Position numbers and translations under genes: made by a program
Source of the DNA: Alphaproteobacteria bacterium
GTDB lineage: Bacteria; Pseudomonadota; Alphaproteobacteria; SHVP01
Reading direction: 5' to 3'
DNA length: 64,000 nt
Assembly: GCA_038148335.1 (NCBI GenBank)
Contig: JAYQVF010000001.1
Location: 6,476 to 70,475, forward strand
Notes under the pieces: generated by a model
Told to the model about the DNA's origin: nothing
Database searches by the model: none
Seen by the model: only the letters and a program-made list of their open reading frames with translations
Shown: positions 51,134-60,747 of the stretch, one piece after another
Position numbering within the stretch: the stretch's first letter is position 1
Layout: each line of letters begins with the position of its first letter

Positions 51134-51658
51134 CTATTCCGCCGCCTGCAGCCGGCGAGCCTTCTTCATGCGTCGCATGATGATGCTTCGTTTCATCTTC
51201 GAGACGTGATCGACGAGCAGGACGCCGTCGAGATGGTCGAGTTCATGCTGTAGGGCAATCGCCAGGAGGCCATCCGCCTCCAATTTGCGAATCTCGCCGC
51301 TTTCATCGACGTAGCGAACCCGGACCTTGGACGCCCGCTCCACTTCCTCGTACTGCTCGGGAAAGGAGAGACAGCCTTCTTCATGGGGCACGATTGCCTC
51401 CGAGCGCCACACGATTTCGGGATTCACGAGGCGCAAGGGGCTCGGTGGGTCGGGGTCCTTGGCCGCATCGATGACGACGATACGCTTCGCAATGCCGACC
51501 TGAATGGCGGACAGACCGACACCCGGCGCGGCGTACATGGTCTCCAGCATGTCGTCCATCAGACGACGGACCATGTCGTCGACCTTTTCGACAGGCTGTG
51601 ACACCTGGCGCAAGCGCGGATCGGGCGCGGTGATGATGGGCAATAGGGCCATTCGCAA
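51134..51658 (-). CDS. def: peptide deformylase
   Basis: GVGLSAIQ, EGCLSFP and HELDHLDG metal-binding motifs. Confidence 0.95.
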   Translation of the reverse strand: MRMALLPIITAPDPRLRQVSQPVEKVDDMVRRLMDDMLETMYAAPGVGLSAIQVGIAKRIVVIDAAKDPDPPSPLRLVNPEIVWRSEAIVPHEEGCLSFPEQYEEVERASKVRVRYVDESGEIRKLEADGLLAIALQHELDHLDGVLLVDHVSKMKRSIIMRRMKKARRLQAAE

Positions 51659-51740
51659 CTCCAGACGCCCTACCTAGGCACCTGCCGGGCCAGGGTCAAG
51701 GCAAACCCCCTGGACCCTCATTGGTGCTATTCTTGTCGCC

Positions 51741-52955
51741 ATGCAGTTCATCGAGCTTCTTCAGACATTGCCCTGGCTACCGGCCGTCGGCGTCGGGGTC
51801 GTCTTCATTATCGTGGTCTGGATTCTCATGTCGCGGCGCGGCGACCGCGAACGAGTCAACGACCGGAAGCTGGCGGAACTGGCGATGACCACGGCGGGCC
51901 TGACCCAGGCCCAAGGCGAGGTTCTGGGCCAGATCAAGGCCATGTCGGAAACGACCGCAACCCTGCAGGAGGCGATGACGCGCGCACTGAACGAGCGACT
52001 GGATTCCGTCTCAATCCAGATGCGCCAGTCGCTCGAGGCGACGTCGTTGCGCACCGCGGAAAGTCTCGGCGAACTCCGCAAGCACCTGAACAAGATCGAC
52101 GAAGCCCAGCGCAACATCACCGAACTGTCGAGCCAGGTGGTGAACCTGCAGGACCTGCTGGCCAACAAGCAGGCCCGCGGAGCGTTCGGCGAAATACAGC
52201 TGACCGATATCGTACGCAACATCCTGCCACCGTCGGCCTACGACCTGCAGAAGACGCTCGGCAACGGCACGCGACCCGACTGCCTCATCCGGCTGCCGCA
52301 TCCGCCGGGCCCGATCGCCGTCGACGCCAAGTTCCCGCTCGAAAGCTTTCAGGCCTTGCGTAATGCCAGTAGCGACCCAGAGCGACTCATGGCGACGCGC
52401 CGGTTCAAGGCGGACATGCAGAAGCACCTGCGCGATATCGCCAGCCGCTACATCTTGCGGGGCGAGACTGCGGAGTCGGCGATCATGTTTGTGCCGTCCG
52501 AAGCGGTCTATGCGGAGATCCACGGCTCACTGGCCGACGTTGTCGACGAATCGTACAAGCTGCGAGTCTGGATCGTGTCGCCGACGACGATGTGGGCCCT
52601 TCTGAACACGGTCCGGGCGGTCCTTAAGGACGTCAAAATGCGTGAACAGGCTGACGTGATCCAGGCCGAGGTCGGCATGTTGCTCGAGGACGCCGGCCGG
52701 CTCGATGACCGGGTTGCCGCCCTCGAACGGCACTTCGGGCAGACGGTCGATGACGTGCGCAAGATTCGCATTTCGACCGACAAAGTGATGCGACGGGGCG
52801 AGCGGATCGGCGAACTGCAGCTTGAGAGCGACGATGGCGCCGCGGACAAGGGCAATGAACTGCCGCTCAGCCAGCCGCAGTCCGCCGACCAAAAGCCTGC
52901 CGGTGCGCCCGCAGTGACGGGCCGCCTGACCGGATCCCTGAGGGGCAGCGACTAG
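51741..52955 (+). CDS. rmuC: DNA recombination protein RmuC
   Basis: 404 aa with an N-terminal TM segment, coiled-coil region and the RmuC C-terminal nuclease-like domain (DCLIRLP...AVDAKFPLE). Confidence 0.85.
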   Translation: MQFIELLQTLPWLPAVGVGVVFIIVVWILMSRRGDRERVNDRKLAELAMTTAGLTQAQGEVLGQIKAMSETTATLQEAMTRALNERLDSVSIQMRQSLEATSLRTAESLGELRKHLNKIDEAQRNITELSSQVVNLQDLLANKQARGAFGEIQLTDIVRNILPPSAYDLQKTLGNGTRPDCLIRLPHPPGPIAVDAKFPLESFQALRNASSDPERLMATRRFKADMQKHLRDIASRYILRGETAESAIMFVPSEAVYAEIHGSLADVVDESYKLRVWIVSPTTMWALLNTVRAVLKDVKMREQADVIQAEVGMLLEDAGRLDDRVAALERHFGQTVDDVRKIRISTDKVMRRGERIGELQLESDDGAADKGNELPLSQPQSADQKPAGAPAVTGRLTGSLRGSD

Positions 52956-53617
52956 GCGAGCAGGACGTCGGTGAAGACGAAGCCGTCGCGCTCGACGGTT
53001 TCGCCCCGCACAATGTCGACCGGTTGCGAAAACATCGGGCCGTCGAAGACCAGCGTGTGGAATTCGCCGTTCTCGCCGCAAGGGTCGACCTCGGGCGACA
53101 GATCGGCGAGGAACGCCGCATCGAAGAAGCGGCCCGAGAAGGACGGGTCGAGCTGTCGCGGGTCGACGCAGGTGACAATGGCGCGCAAGCCCGCGGCGAT
53201 CATCTCATCGGCGAGCGCGCCCGTCGGCGCCTTCCACAGCGGGAAGACTGCGCGCATACCGACGCGCTCAAGATTCACCTCGCGATACCGGCGAATGTCC
53301 TCCAGAAAAAGATCGCCGAAGGCAACGGTCGCGACCCCTGCACGGCGCGCGTCGGCCATGGCGGCGGTCATACGCGCTTCGTAGACTTCGTTCGGACACG
53401 GTGAGGGGATCTCGACCTCGAACAGCGGCAAACCGGCCGCGGCCGCTTGCGCATGAAGAATCTTCCGGCGGACGGCGTGCATGGAAACGCGATCGTAGGT
53501 CTCGGTGACCGTCGTCAGCAGCCCGGCAATCTCGATGTCACGTTGCTGCCGCAGCCGATGGAGCGTCCATGCGCTGTCCTTGCCGGTACTCCAGCTCAGG
53601 AGCACACGCGTGCTCAT
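52952..53617 (-). CDS. PP-loop ATP pyrophosphatase, Dph6/MJ0570-like (COG2102)
   Basis: N-terminal [10 protein letters not shown] matches the SGGKDS PP-loop; ~220 aa alpha/beta adenine-nucleotide hydrolase-like protein. Confidence 0.7.
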   Translation of the reverse strand: MSTRVLLSWSTGKDSAWTLHRLRQQRDIEIAGLLTTVTETYDRVSMHAVRRKILHAQAAAAGLPLFEVEIPSPCPNEVYEARMTAAMADARRAGVATVAFGDLFLEDIRRYREVNLERVGMRAVFPLWKAPTGALADEMIAAGLRAIVTCVDPRQLDPSFSGRFFDAAFLADLSPEVDPCGENGEFHTLVFDGPMFSQPVDIVRGETVERDGFVFTDVLLA

Positions 53618-54216
53618 GCCGGGTCGACGGGGCGGCGGGCCTTGAGCGCCGTATTGAGCGTTCCTTCGTCGAGGTAATCGAGTTCGCCGCCGACCGGGAC
53701 GCCGTGAGCCAGCCGCGACACGGTGACACCGCTGGCGGCGAGGCGGTCGGCGACGTAGTGAGCGGTCGTCTGGCCATCGACCGTCGCGCCCATGGCCAGG
53801 ATGACCTCCCGAACCGTACCCTGCCGAACACGCGACAACAGGACGCCGATACGGAGATCCTCGGGCCCGACACCGTCCAGGGCGGACAGGACGCCGCCCA
53901 ACACGTGGAATCGGCCGCGGTAGTCGATCACCCGCTCAAGCGCCCAAAGGTCCGCGACATCCTCGACCACGCAAATGATGGTGTCGTCGCGCTTGGGATC
54001 GGTACAGAAATGACAGGGTTGTTGCGAATCGAGATTGCCGCAGACGCTGCATTCGTGAACCGCGTTGGCGGCCCTCAGCAACGCATCGGCCAACGGCCGC
54101 AACAAGGTCTCCTTCTTCTTCAGCAGTTGCAGTACCGCGCGGCGCGCAGAGCGCGGGCCAAGACCGGGCAATTTGGCAAGAAGCTGAACCAGGCCTTCGA
54201 TCTCGGGACCTTGCAT
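53614..54216 (-). CDS. recR: recombination protein RecR
   Basis: C4 zinc finger (CSVCGN...CHFC), Toprim domain, 200 aa. Confidence 0.95.
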   Translation of the reverse strand: MQGPEIEGLVQLLAKLPGLGPRSARRAVLQLLKKKETLLRPLADALLRAANAVHECSVCGNLDSQQPCHFCTDPKRDDTIICVVEDVADLWALERVIDYRGRFHVLGGVLSALDGVGPEDLRIGVLLSRVRQGTVREVILAMGATVDGQTTAHYVADRLAASGVTVSRLAHGVPVGGELDYLDEGTLNTALKARRPVDPA

Positions 54217-54226
54217 GTGGCAAGCC

Positions 54227-54547
54227 TCAGAAAGGGAGCTTGATTCCGGCCGGCAGTTCGATGCCGCCGGTCACCTTCTTCATCTCCTCGGCAACGTATT
54301 CTTCAACTTTGGCCTTGGCATCGTTGTGCGCCGCGACGACGAGATCCTCGATGATGCCGACATCGCCCGTGAGCAACGAAGGGTCGATTCGCACCCGACG
54401 CATCTCGCCCTTGCCGTTGAGTGTCACTTCGACGACCCCACCTCCCGACCTTCCGGTCACTTCGGCAGTCGCAAGCTGCTCCTGCATCTCGGCCATGCGC
54501 GCCTGCATCTGCTGTGCCTGCTTCATCATCTGAGCAATATTCTTCAA
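54227..54547 (-). CDS. ybaB: nucleoid-associated protein YbaB/EbfC
   Basis: 106 aa with [15 protein letters not shown] and the conserved position between dnaX and recR. Confidence 0.92.
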   Translation of the reverse strand: MKNIAQMMKQAQQMQARMAEMQEQLATAEVTGRSGGGVVEVTLNGKGEMRRVRIDPSLLTGDVGIIEDLVVAAHNDAKAKVEEYVAEEMKKVTGGIELPAGIKLPF

Positions 54548-56286
54548 GTTTCCTGCTCCATCGATTCGGGCTCGACTTCGTCGGCCGCAACCGGTTCTTC
54601 CGTTGCGACCGCGCCCGGTACGAGATCGCGCACTTCGCGGATCTCGGCTCCAGGGAATTGTTCCAGAGTGGCGCGCACCAACGGATGGCGCTCCGCTTCG
54701 TCGCGGCGTCGCGCGGCGGCCGTCTCATGCTGTTCATGAAGACTGGGCTCGCCCGGCTCGTGCGACGGCGAGACCAGCCAGGTCGTTCCCGTCGCATCGC
54801 TGAGCATCTTGCTGAGCTGCTGCGGAAGGCGCGGCGGCGCGCGGTCCGTGAGCCGAATGTCGATGCGGCCGGGTTCGAAACGCACGAGATGGACATTCGT
54901 CACGAGGTGGCTACGCAACAGGTATTCGTTCTTCGCCTCGGCCAGATGCACGATATCGATAAAGCTCGTGATCGCCGGCGCGCTGTCCGGCGTTGTTTCC
55001 GGTTCCGCCTGCTGACGGGCTACCGCCGTCGTACCGGACACGGCACCCGCGCCATGCCCAGCCTTCGCCGGTTTGGGTGCGGGCCTCGACGGAGGGGGCT
55101 GCGGCGCGGTCTCGGCGTCGGATTCCAGGGTTCGGATCAGCTCGGCCGGTGGCGGCAACGAAGACGCATAGCCGACGCGGACCAGCACCATCTCGCACGC
55201 TGCATACGGCGTCGGCGCGACCTGAATTTCCTGCAGGCCCTTGAGGAGCAATTGCCAGGTGCGCGTCAGCTCACCCATCGACAACCGCTCGGCAATGTCC
55301 TGGCCGCGCACGCGTTCGACCTCGCTTGCCGCCAGATCGTCCGCCGCGGCCCGGGTAACCTTGAGCCGCGTCAGCCAGTGAACGAATTCGAGGAGATCCT
55401 GCACCATCGTCAGGGGATCCGTTCCCAACTCGTAGAGCTGCCGCGAGATCGCCAGCGCCTCTCCAACCTCACCGCCGAGCAGTTTCTCGAACACGTCGAT
55501 CAGCCGCCCTCGGTCGGCCAGCCCCAGCATGCTCTGAACGCCAGCCTCGGTGACTTCGCCGTCGCTGAACGCGAGCGCCTGGTCGAGCAGCGACAGGGCA
55601 TCGCGCACCGATCCTTCGGCCGCACGTGCAATCATGGCAAGAGCGCCGACTTCGGCCTTTACCTCTTCGCGCTCAAGAATATTCTCCAGGTGCCCGATCA
55701 GTTCCTCCGCCTCGAGTCGGCGGAGGTCGAAGCGTTGGCATCGCGAGAGCACGGTCACGGGGACCTTGCGGATCTCGGTGGTCGCGAAGACGAATTTCAC
55801 ATGCGGCGGCGGCTCTTCGAGAGTCTTGAGCAACGCGTTGAAGGCCTGCTTCGACAGCATGTGCACTTCGTCGATGATGTAGATCTTGTAGCGCGCCGAC
55901 GCCGGCAGATAACGCACGTTGTCGATGATGTCGCGTATGTTGTCGACGCCTGTATGACTGGCGGCGTCAATCTCGATGACGTCGACGTGACGGTCCTCGC
56001 TGATGGCCTTGCAGTGCTCGCAGACACCACACGGATTGATCGTCGGCCCGCCCGTGCCGTCGGGGCCAACACAGTTGAGGGACCGCGCGATGATGCGCGC
56101 GGTCGTGGTCTTGCCGATGCCGCGCACGCCGGTCAGCACGAACGCCTGCGCGATGCGGCCGGTCTGAAATGCGTTGGCCAGGGTCCGGACCATGGCGCTC
56201 TGGCCCACGAACATGTCCGAGAACGTCGTCGGACGGTATTTGCGGGCTAGGACCCGATAGGCCTGTTCCTTGGCGTTCTGGGGCAT
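54544..56286 (-). CDS. dnaX: DNA polymerase III subunits gamma/tau
   Basis: Walker A (GVRGIGKTT), zinc module (CGVCEHC), Walker B (IDEVHML) and a Pro-rich tau linker. Confidence 0.95.
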   Translation of the reverse strand: MPQNAKEQAYRVLARKYRPTTFSDMFVGQSAMVRTLANAFQTGRIAQAFVLTGVRGIGKTTTARIIARSLNCVGPDGTGGPTINPCGVCEHCKAISEDRHVDVIEIDAASHTGVDNIRDIIDNVRYLPASARYKIYIIDEVHMLSKQAFNALLKTLEEPPPHVKFVFATTEIRKVPVTVLSRCQRFDLRRLEAEELIGHLENILEREEVKAEVGALAMIARAAEGSVRDALSLLDQALAFSDGEVTEAGVQSMLGLADRGRLIDVFEKLLGGEVGEALAISRQLYELGTDPLTMVQDLLEFVHWLTRLKVTRAAADDLAASEVERVRGQDIAERLSMGELTRTWQLLLKGLQEIQVAPTPYAACEMVLVRVGYASSLPPPAELIRTLESDAETAPQPPPSRPAPKPAKAGHGAGAVSGTTAVARQQAEPETTPDSAPAITSFIDIVHLAEAKNEYLLRSHLVTNVHLVRFEPGRIDIRLTDRAPPRLPQQLSKMLSDATGTTWLVSPSHEPGEPSLHEQHETAAARRRDEAERHPLVRATLEQFPGAEIREVRDLVPGAVATEEPVAADEVEPESMEQET

Positions 56287-56326
56287 TGATCCTATGTCTG
56301 CTGAGGCGACCCGAGCCGAACCGGCC

Positions 56327-56432
56327 CAGGCGGGAGGTTGGTTAGGTGACCCGGCAGCATCCCGTTACGGCTGCTTCCTTCCGGACCTGACCGGGTTGGC
56401 GAGCGCTCCCGTCCACCGCCAACCTCCCGGGC
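56327..56432 (-). ncRNA. ffs: signal recognition particle RNA (4.5S RNA)
   Basis: Minus strand has GGUCAGGUCCGGAAGGAAGCAGC (the conserved domain IV motif) flanked by a long closing helix GGGAGGUUGG...CCAACCUCCC. Located directly upstream of dnaX. Confidence 0.8.
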
Positions 56433-56510
56433 GCACTATATCGCATAGAACCTGCGGGTCGAATGGCACGCTCGCGCTATCGGGCGCAATCGCGATATAA
56501 GTCGCCCCTC

Positions 56511-57488
56511 ATGGCTTTGTGGAAATCCTTCGAGGGCAACGTGTTTTCGGGCAGCCACCTGGACCGCGCCGGAAACAACCGGCGCGACCCCGATTGGCTG
56601 CGCGGCCGCCTTGCGGCACCCGAAGCACGGTTCTTGCCAATCTGGCAATTGAAGGCGCCGATCGCCGCCAGCGGGACGCCGCACCTTCTGTGGCTGTCCC
56701 GGCCGGAAGCCGAAGCCGTTTCGGCGCTGGAGACCCCGATCCTCCTCGGCGTCGACGACGGCGGCGTGCCCTATTTCGCTTTCGAAGCGTCAGCGGCCGG
56801 CGACCTTGCGCCACTGGACGGCGTCGCAAGGTTCGAGGAAGTCCGCACGGTGGCACCTGCGGTCGAACGCAGCGAGGCTGCCCTGCTCGCCCAGGCGCGC
56901 TCGCTCGTCGATTGGCACCGCAGGCATGGCTTCTGCGCCGTTTGCGGCGCCCCAACCAGAGCCCACGACGGTGGCTACGTACGGCGCTGTACCGACGAGG
57001 GTTGCGGCGCCCAGCACTTCCCTCGCACCGATCCCGTGGTGATCATGCTGATCCACCACGGCGAGCGCTGCCTTCTCGGGCGGCAAAAGTGGTTCCCGGA
57101 GGGTTTCTACTCGACCCTCGCCGGCTTCATGGAACCGGGCGAATCGATCGAGGAGGCCGTGCGTCGCGAAGTTTGGGAAGAGGCGGCGATTCCGGTCGGC
57201 GACGTGGGTTACCACTCTTCACAACCATGGCCGTATCCATCGTCCCTGATGATCGGCTGCATCGGCACCGCACTTCACGACAGGATCTCGGTCGACGATC
57301 TGGAACTTGAGGACGCGCGCTGGGTCGACCGCGCGACGGTGCGAGAGGCCGTAGAGCGGGTCACGGCGCGGCCGGTCGACCCGCTGTCGCAGGACACGAA
57401 GCTCGAAGGTGTCGGGACGATGGGACTGAAAGTTCCCGCGCCGATGGCCATTGCCCACCAGTTGATGCGGACCTGGGCCTACGAGTAG
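56511..57488 (+). CDS. nudC: NAD+ diphosphatase (NADH pyrophosphatase, Nudix)
   Basis: Zinc ribbon (CAVCGAP...CTDEGCG), Nudix box (GFMEPGESIEEAVRREVWEEAAI) and SQPWPFP-like motif; ATG at 56511. Confidence 0.8.
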   Translation: MALWKSFEGNVFSGSHLDRAGNNRRDPDWLRGRLAAPEARFLPIWQLKAPIAASGTPHLLWLSRPEAEAVSALETPILLGVDDGGVPYFAFEASAAGDLAPLDGVARFEEVRTVAPAVERSEAALLAQARSLVDWHRRHGFCAVCGAPTRAHDGGYVRRCTDEGCGAQHFPRTDPVVIMLIHHGERCLLGRQKWFPEGFYSTLAGFMEPGESIEEAVRREVWEEAAIPVGDVGYHSSQPWPYPSSLMIGCIGTALHDRISVDDLELEDARWVDRATVREAVERVTARPVDPLSQDTKLEGVGTMGLKVPAPMAIAHQLMRTWAYE

Positions 57489-57499
57489 AGATCGAAGCG

Positions 57500-58351
57500 C
57501 TAGCCCAGGCCGCGGAACGGATGGGCCGGGTAGACGCCAAGGATCTTCAATTTCGACGTGAAGAAGTGGAGTTCCTCAAGCGCGAGGCTCACGTTCTTGT
57601 CGTCGGCATGGCCTTCGACGTCGGCATAGAACTGGGTCGCGTTGAAGCTGCCGCCGACCTGATAGCTTTCCAGCTTGGTCATGTTGACGCCATTGGTTGC
57701 GAAGCCGCCCATGGCCTTGTAGAGCGCCGCCGGCACGTTGCGGACCTGGAAGACGAACGACGTCATGGCAGGCCCCTCGCCCGCTGCGGGTCGTTTGGCA
57801 GTCCGTGACAGAACGACGAAACGCGTTGTGTTGTGGTCGGCGTCCTCGATGTCGCGGCGCAGGATATCCAGACCGTAAATCTCGCCGGCCAGCTCCGAGG
57901 CGATCGCCGCATGGGCCTTGTCGCCGGTTTGCGCGATTGCCTCGGCCGAACCGGCGGTATCGGCTTCGACCTCCGCCTTGAGCCCGAGATCGCGGATGAG
58001 ATTGCGACACTGGCTCAACGCCTGGATATGACTGTGTACGAACTTCACGTCGCCTACCGTCGCGCCCTTGACGGCCAGGAGGCAGTGGTTCACGCGCTGA
58101 AAGTGCTCGGCGATGATGAACAAGCCGGAATCAGGCAGCAGTGTGTGAATATCGGCGACGCGGCCGGCAACGGAATTCTCGATCGGAATCATTGCAAGCC
58201 GCGCCTTGCCGGTCTTGACCGCATCGAACGCGTCTTCGAAGGAGCTGCAGGGCAACACTTCCATGTCAGGAAAGGCCTCGCGGCAGGCCAGGTGCGAATA
58301 GGCGCCGAGGTTGCCCTGGAACGCGATCTGGTTTTCCGGGTTTGCCGCCAT
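57500..58351 (-). CDS. pheA: prephenate dehydratase
   Basis: 283 aa with a PDT domain (FQGNLGAYSH, ESRP-like motif) and C-terminal ACT domain. Confidence 0.9.
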   Translation of the reverse strand: MAANPENQIAFQGNLGAYSHLACREAFPDMEVLPCSSFEDAFDAVKTGKARLAMIPIENSVAGRVADIHTLLPDSGLFIIAEHFQRVNHCLLAVKGATVGDVKFVHSHIQALSQCRNLIRDLGLKAEVEADTAGSAEAIAQTGDKAHAAIASELAGEIYGLDILRRDIEDADHNTTRFVVLSRTAKRPAAGEGPAMTSFVFQVRNVPAALYKAMGGFATNGVNMTKLESYQVGGSFNATQFYADVEGHADDKNVSLALEELHFFTSKLKILGVYPAHPFRGLG

Positions 58352-58357
58352 GTTGCT

Positions 58358-59107
58358 CTAAGATTCTGATTTTTCGGAGAAAATTCGCCGCGCCTCGGCG
58401 AGATGCGCCGGAGTATCGACACCGAGCGGTACGCTGTCAACGCGCCGCGCGAGAATGGTCATGCCAGCTTCGAGGGCGCGCAGTTGCTCGAGTTTTTCGC
58501 GCCTTTCGAGGGGGCTGGGCGGCAACGTCACGAAGCGTTCGAGCGCCTCACGCCGGTAGGCGTAGACGCCGATGTGATGGTAATGCGGCCCTTCGCCGTA
58601 AGGGACCGGAAGGCGCGAAAAGTACAGCGCCCGCGCCGTGTCGTGGCCCTTCTCGAACGCAACGACCGCCTTCGTGACGTTGGGGTCGTCGATTTCGTCC
58701 CGATTCCTGATTTCCGCGACCAGGGTTGCAATATCGACGCCGGCAGGCGCTCCGGCCATGGTTGCCACGAGATCGCGGATCGTCTGCGGCTCGATCGTCG
58801 GAACATCGCCCTGAAGGTTGACGACCAGGTCGCACGGCGCGGCATGGAGCCCCAGGGCTTCGTGCACGCGGTCGGAACCCGACGCATGGTCGGGGCGGGT
58901 CAGGACGGCGGTCCCGCCGGCCGCCACGACGGCGGCGGCGATTTCCTGCTCGGCGCAGGCCACGATGACGGGGCCGATGTCGGCCTCCAGCGCCCGTTCC
59001 AGGACCTGCACGATCATCGGTTTGCCGGCGATATCCGCGAGCGGCTTGCCGGGTAGGCGGGTCGACGCCATGCGGGCGGGGATGATGGTCAGGGGGTGGA
59101 GGCTCAT
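58358..59107 (-). CDS. kdsB: 3-deoxy-manno-octulosonate cytidylyltransferase
   Basis: 249 aa with IIPARMASTRLPGKPL at the N-terminus and an NQGDVP-like motif (VNLQGD). Confidence 0.9.
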   Translation of the reverse strand: MSLHPLTIIPARMASTRLPGKPLADIAGKPMIVQVLERALEADIGPVIVACAEQEIAAAVVAAGGTAVLTRPDHASGSDRVHEALGLHAAPCDLVVNLQGDVPTIEPQTIRDLVATMAGAPAGVDIATLVAEIRNRDEIDDPNVTKAVVAFEKGHDTARALYFSRLPVPYGEGPHYHHIGVYAYRREALERFVTLPPSPLERREKLEQLRALEAGMTILARRVDSVPLGVDTPAHLAEARRIFSEKSES

Positions 59108-59326
59108 GGGACGGGGCCTGCTGTCGCGATGCGCCGTGGGTCAAATCGCCGCGGGGGCACCGGCCGCCGGATCGTAGGACCTAAGCTAATGAAAATCATC
59201 CGTTTTTTGTCTCCAGGGGCTGGCAGACAAGGGCGATTTCGGGTACTCATGCCGCCGTCAATTCGTTGCACCTGGCACCGATATCGGGAATATTCGGCGC
59301 CGAAGGCAAGCCCGAGGTTGTGGTCG

Positions 59327-59866
59327 ATGAATAGCTTTGAAATCAACAAGTACGCTGGCGCGATGCTGGGGACCATTCTGGTCATTCTGGTGGTTGCGAA
59401 AATCAGCGACTCCGTCTTCAAGCCCCACGAAATGGAAGGCCAGGCCTTCGGCGAAATCGCCGTTGCCGAGGACAGCCACGGCGCCACGGCCGAGGCCGCG
59501 CCGGAGACCCCGTCGCTGCCGGTGCTGCTGGCCAATGCCACGGTCGAAGCCGGCGAGCGCGTGTCCAAGAAATGCGCCTCGTGCCACACCTTCGAGAAGG
59601 ACGGCGCCAACAAGGTCGGGCCGAACCTCTACAACGTTCTTGGCGCTGCCCCTGGCAGCAAGGATTTCGCCTATTCCGGCGCGATGGCCGAGAAGGGCGG
59701 CACCTGGACCTTCGCCGAGATGGACGCCTTCCTCACCTCGCCGAGAAATGCCGTTTCAGGCACCAAGATGAGCTTCGCCGGCCTTCGCAGTGCCGAGGAA
59801 CGCGCGGCGATCCTTCTTTACATGCGTCAGCAGAGCGACTCGCCGCTCCCGCTGCCCTCCAACTAG
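59327..59866 (+). CDS. membrane-anchored class I cytochrome c
   Basis: ATG at 59327 inside ORF 59096..59866. N-terminal TM helix, CASCH haem-binding motif and a C-terminal Met ligand region. Confidence 0.8.
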   Translation: MNSFEINKYAGAMLGTILVILVVAKISDSVFKPHEMEGQAFGEIAVAEDSHGATAEAAPETPSLPVLLANATVEAGERVSKKCASCHTFEKDGANKVGPNLYNVLGAAPGSKDFAYSGAMAEKGGTWTFAEMDAFLTSPRNAVSGTKMSFAGLRSAEERAAILLYMRQQSDSPLPLPSN

Positions 59867-59882
59867 AGCGGCCATCCAGGGT

Positions 59883-60654
59883 GGCCGAGCGCTGCCCCGA
59901 GGAATTCGTCGCCTTCGCACACCGTCTCGCCGATCGCTCGGGCGAGGTGATACGGCAGTATTTCCGTCAGCGGTTCGCCGTCGAGTCCAAGGCCGACGAA
60001 AGCCCGGTCACGATCGCCGATCGCGAAGCCGAACGGACGCTTCGCGCGATGATCGCCGACGCCTATCCCGATCATGGAGTCATTGGCGAGGAACTCGGCG
60101 CGCACAACGATGGCGCAGCGCTTACCTGGATCCTCGATCCGATCGACGGCACCGGTTCCTTTATCACCGGAAAACCGATCTTCGGCACGCTCATCGCCTT
60201 GTGGCGTGACGGGAAGCCGCTGCTCGGCGTGATCGACCAGCCCATCTCGGGAGAACGCTGGATCGGCGCCGTCGGCCACGGGACGACCCTCAACGGAACG
60301 GCCGTCCGTGTCCGCGCCTGTGGTGGCCTGGACGAGGCCTTTCTCGAGGCAACCGACCCGCACATGTTCGAGGATGCGCCCGCCTTCGAAACGCTGCGCC
60401 GCCAGGTCGCGCGCAACCGCTGGGGCAGCGACTGCTACGCCTATGCGATGCTCGCCTCCGGGCACCTCGACCTGGTGGTCGAACGGAAGCTCAAGCTGTG
60501 GGACTACGCGACACTCGTGCCGATCATCGAAGAGGCTGGCGGTATCATCAGCGACTGGCGCGGACGCCCCCTGCGACCCGGCGCCGCCGGTGACGTGCTG
60601 GCCGCAGGCGACGTGCGGGTGCACCAACAGGCAAGAGATATTCTCGGCAACTAG
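59883..60654 (+). CDS. inositol monophosphatase-family protein (possibly histidinol-phosphatase HisN)
   Basis: GTG at 59883; motifs PVTIADREAE, WILDPIDGT and a WDYAT-like region (LWDYATL). Confidence 0.75.
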
Positions 60655-60747
60655 CCTCACGTTCCCGTGGGAATCGCAGAGACAGAATCGCGACCGTCGG
60701 CGATGTTTCGCTATGATGGCTCAAGCCTGACAAAGGGAACTCCGAAG

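Noticed and set aside
54421-56250. 609-aa plus-strand ORF
   Set aside because: Antisense to dnaX.
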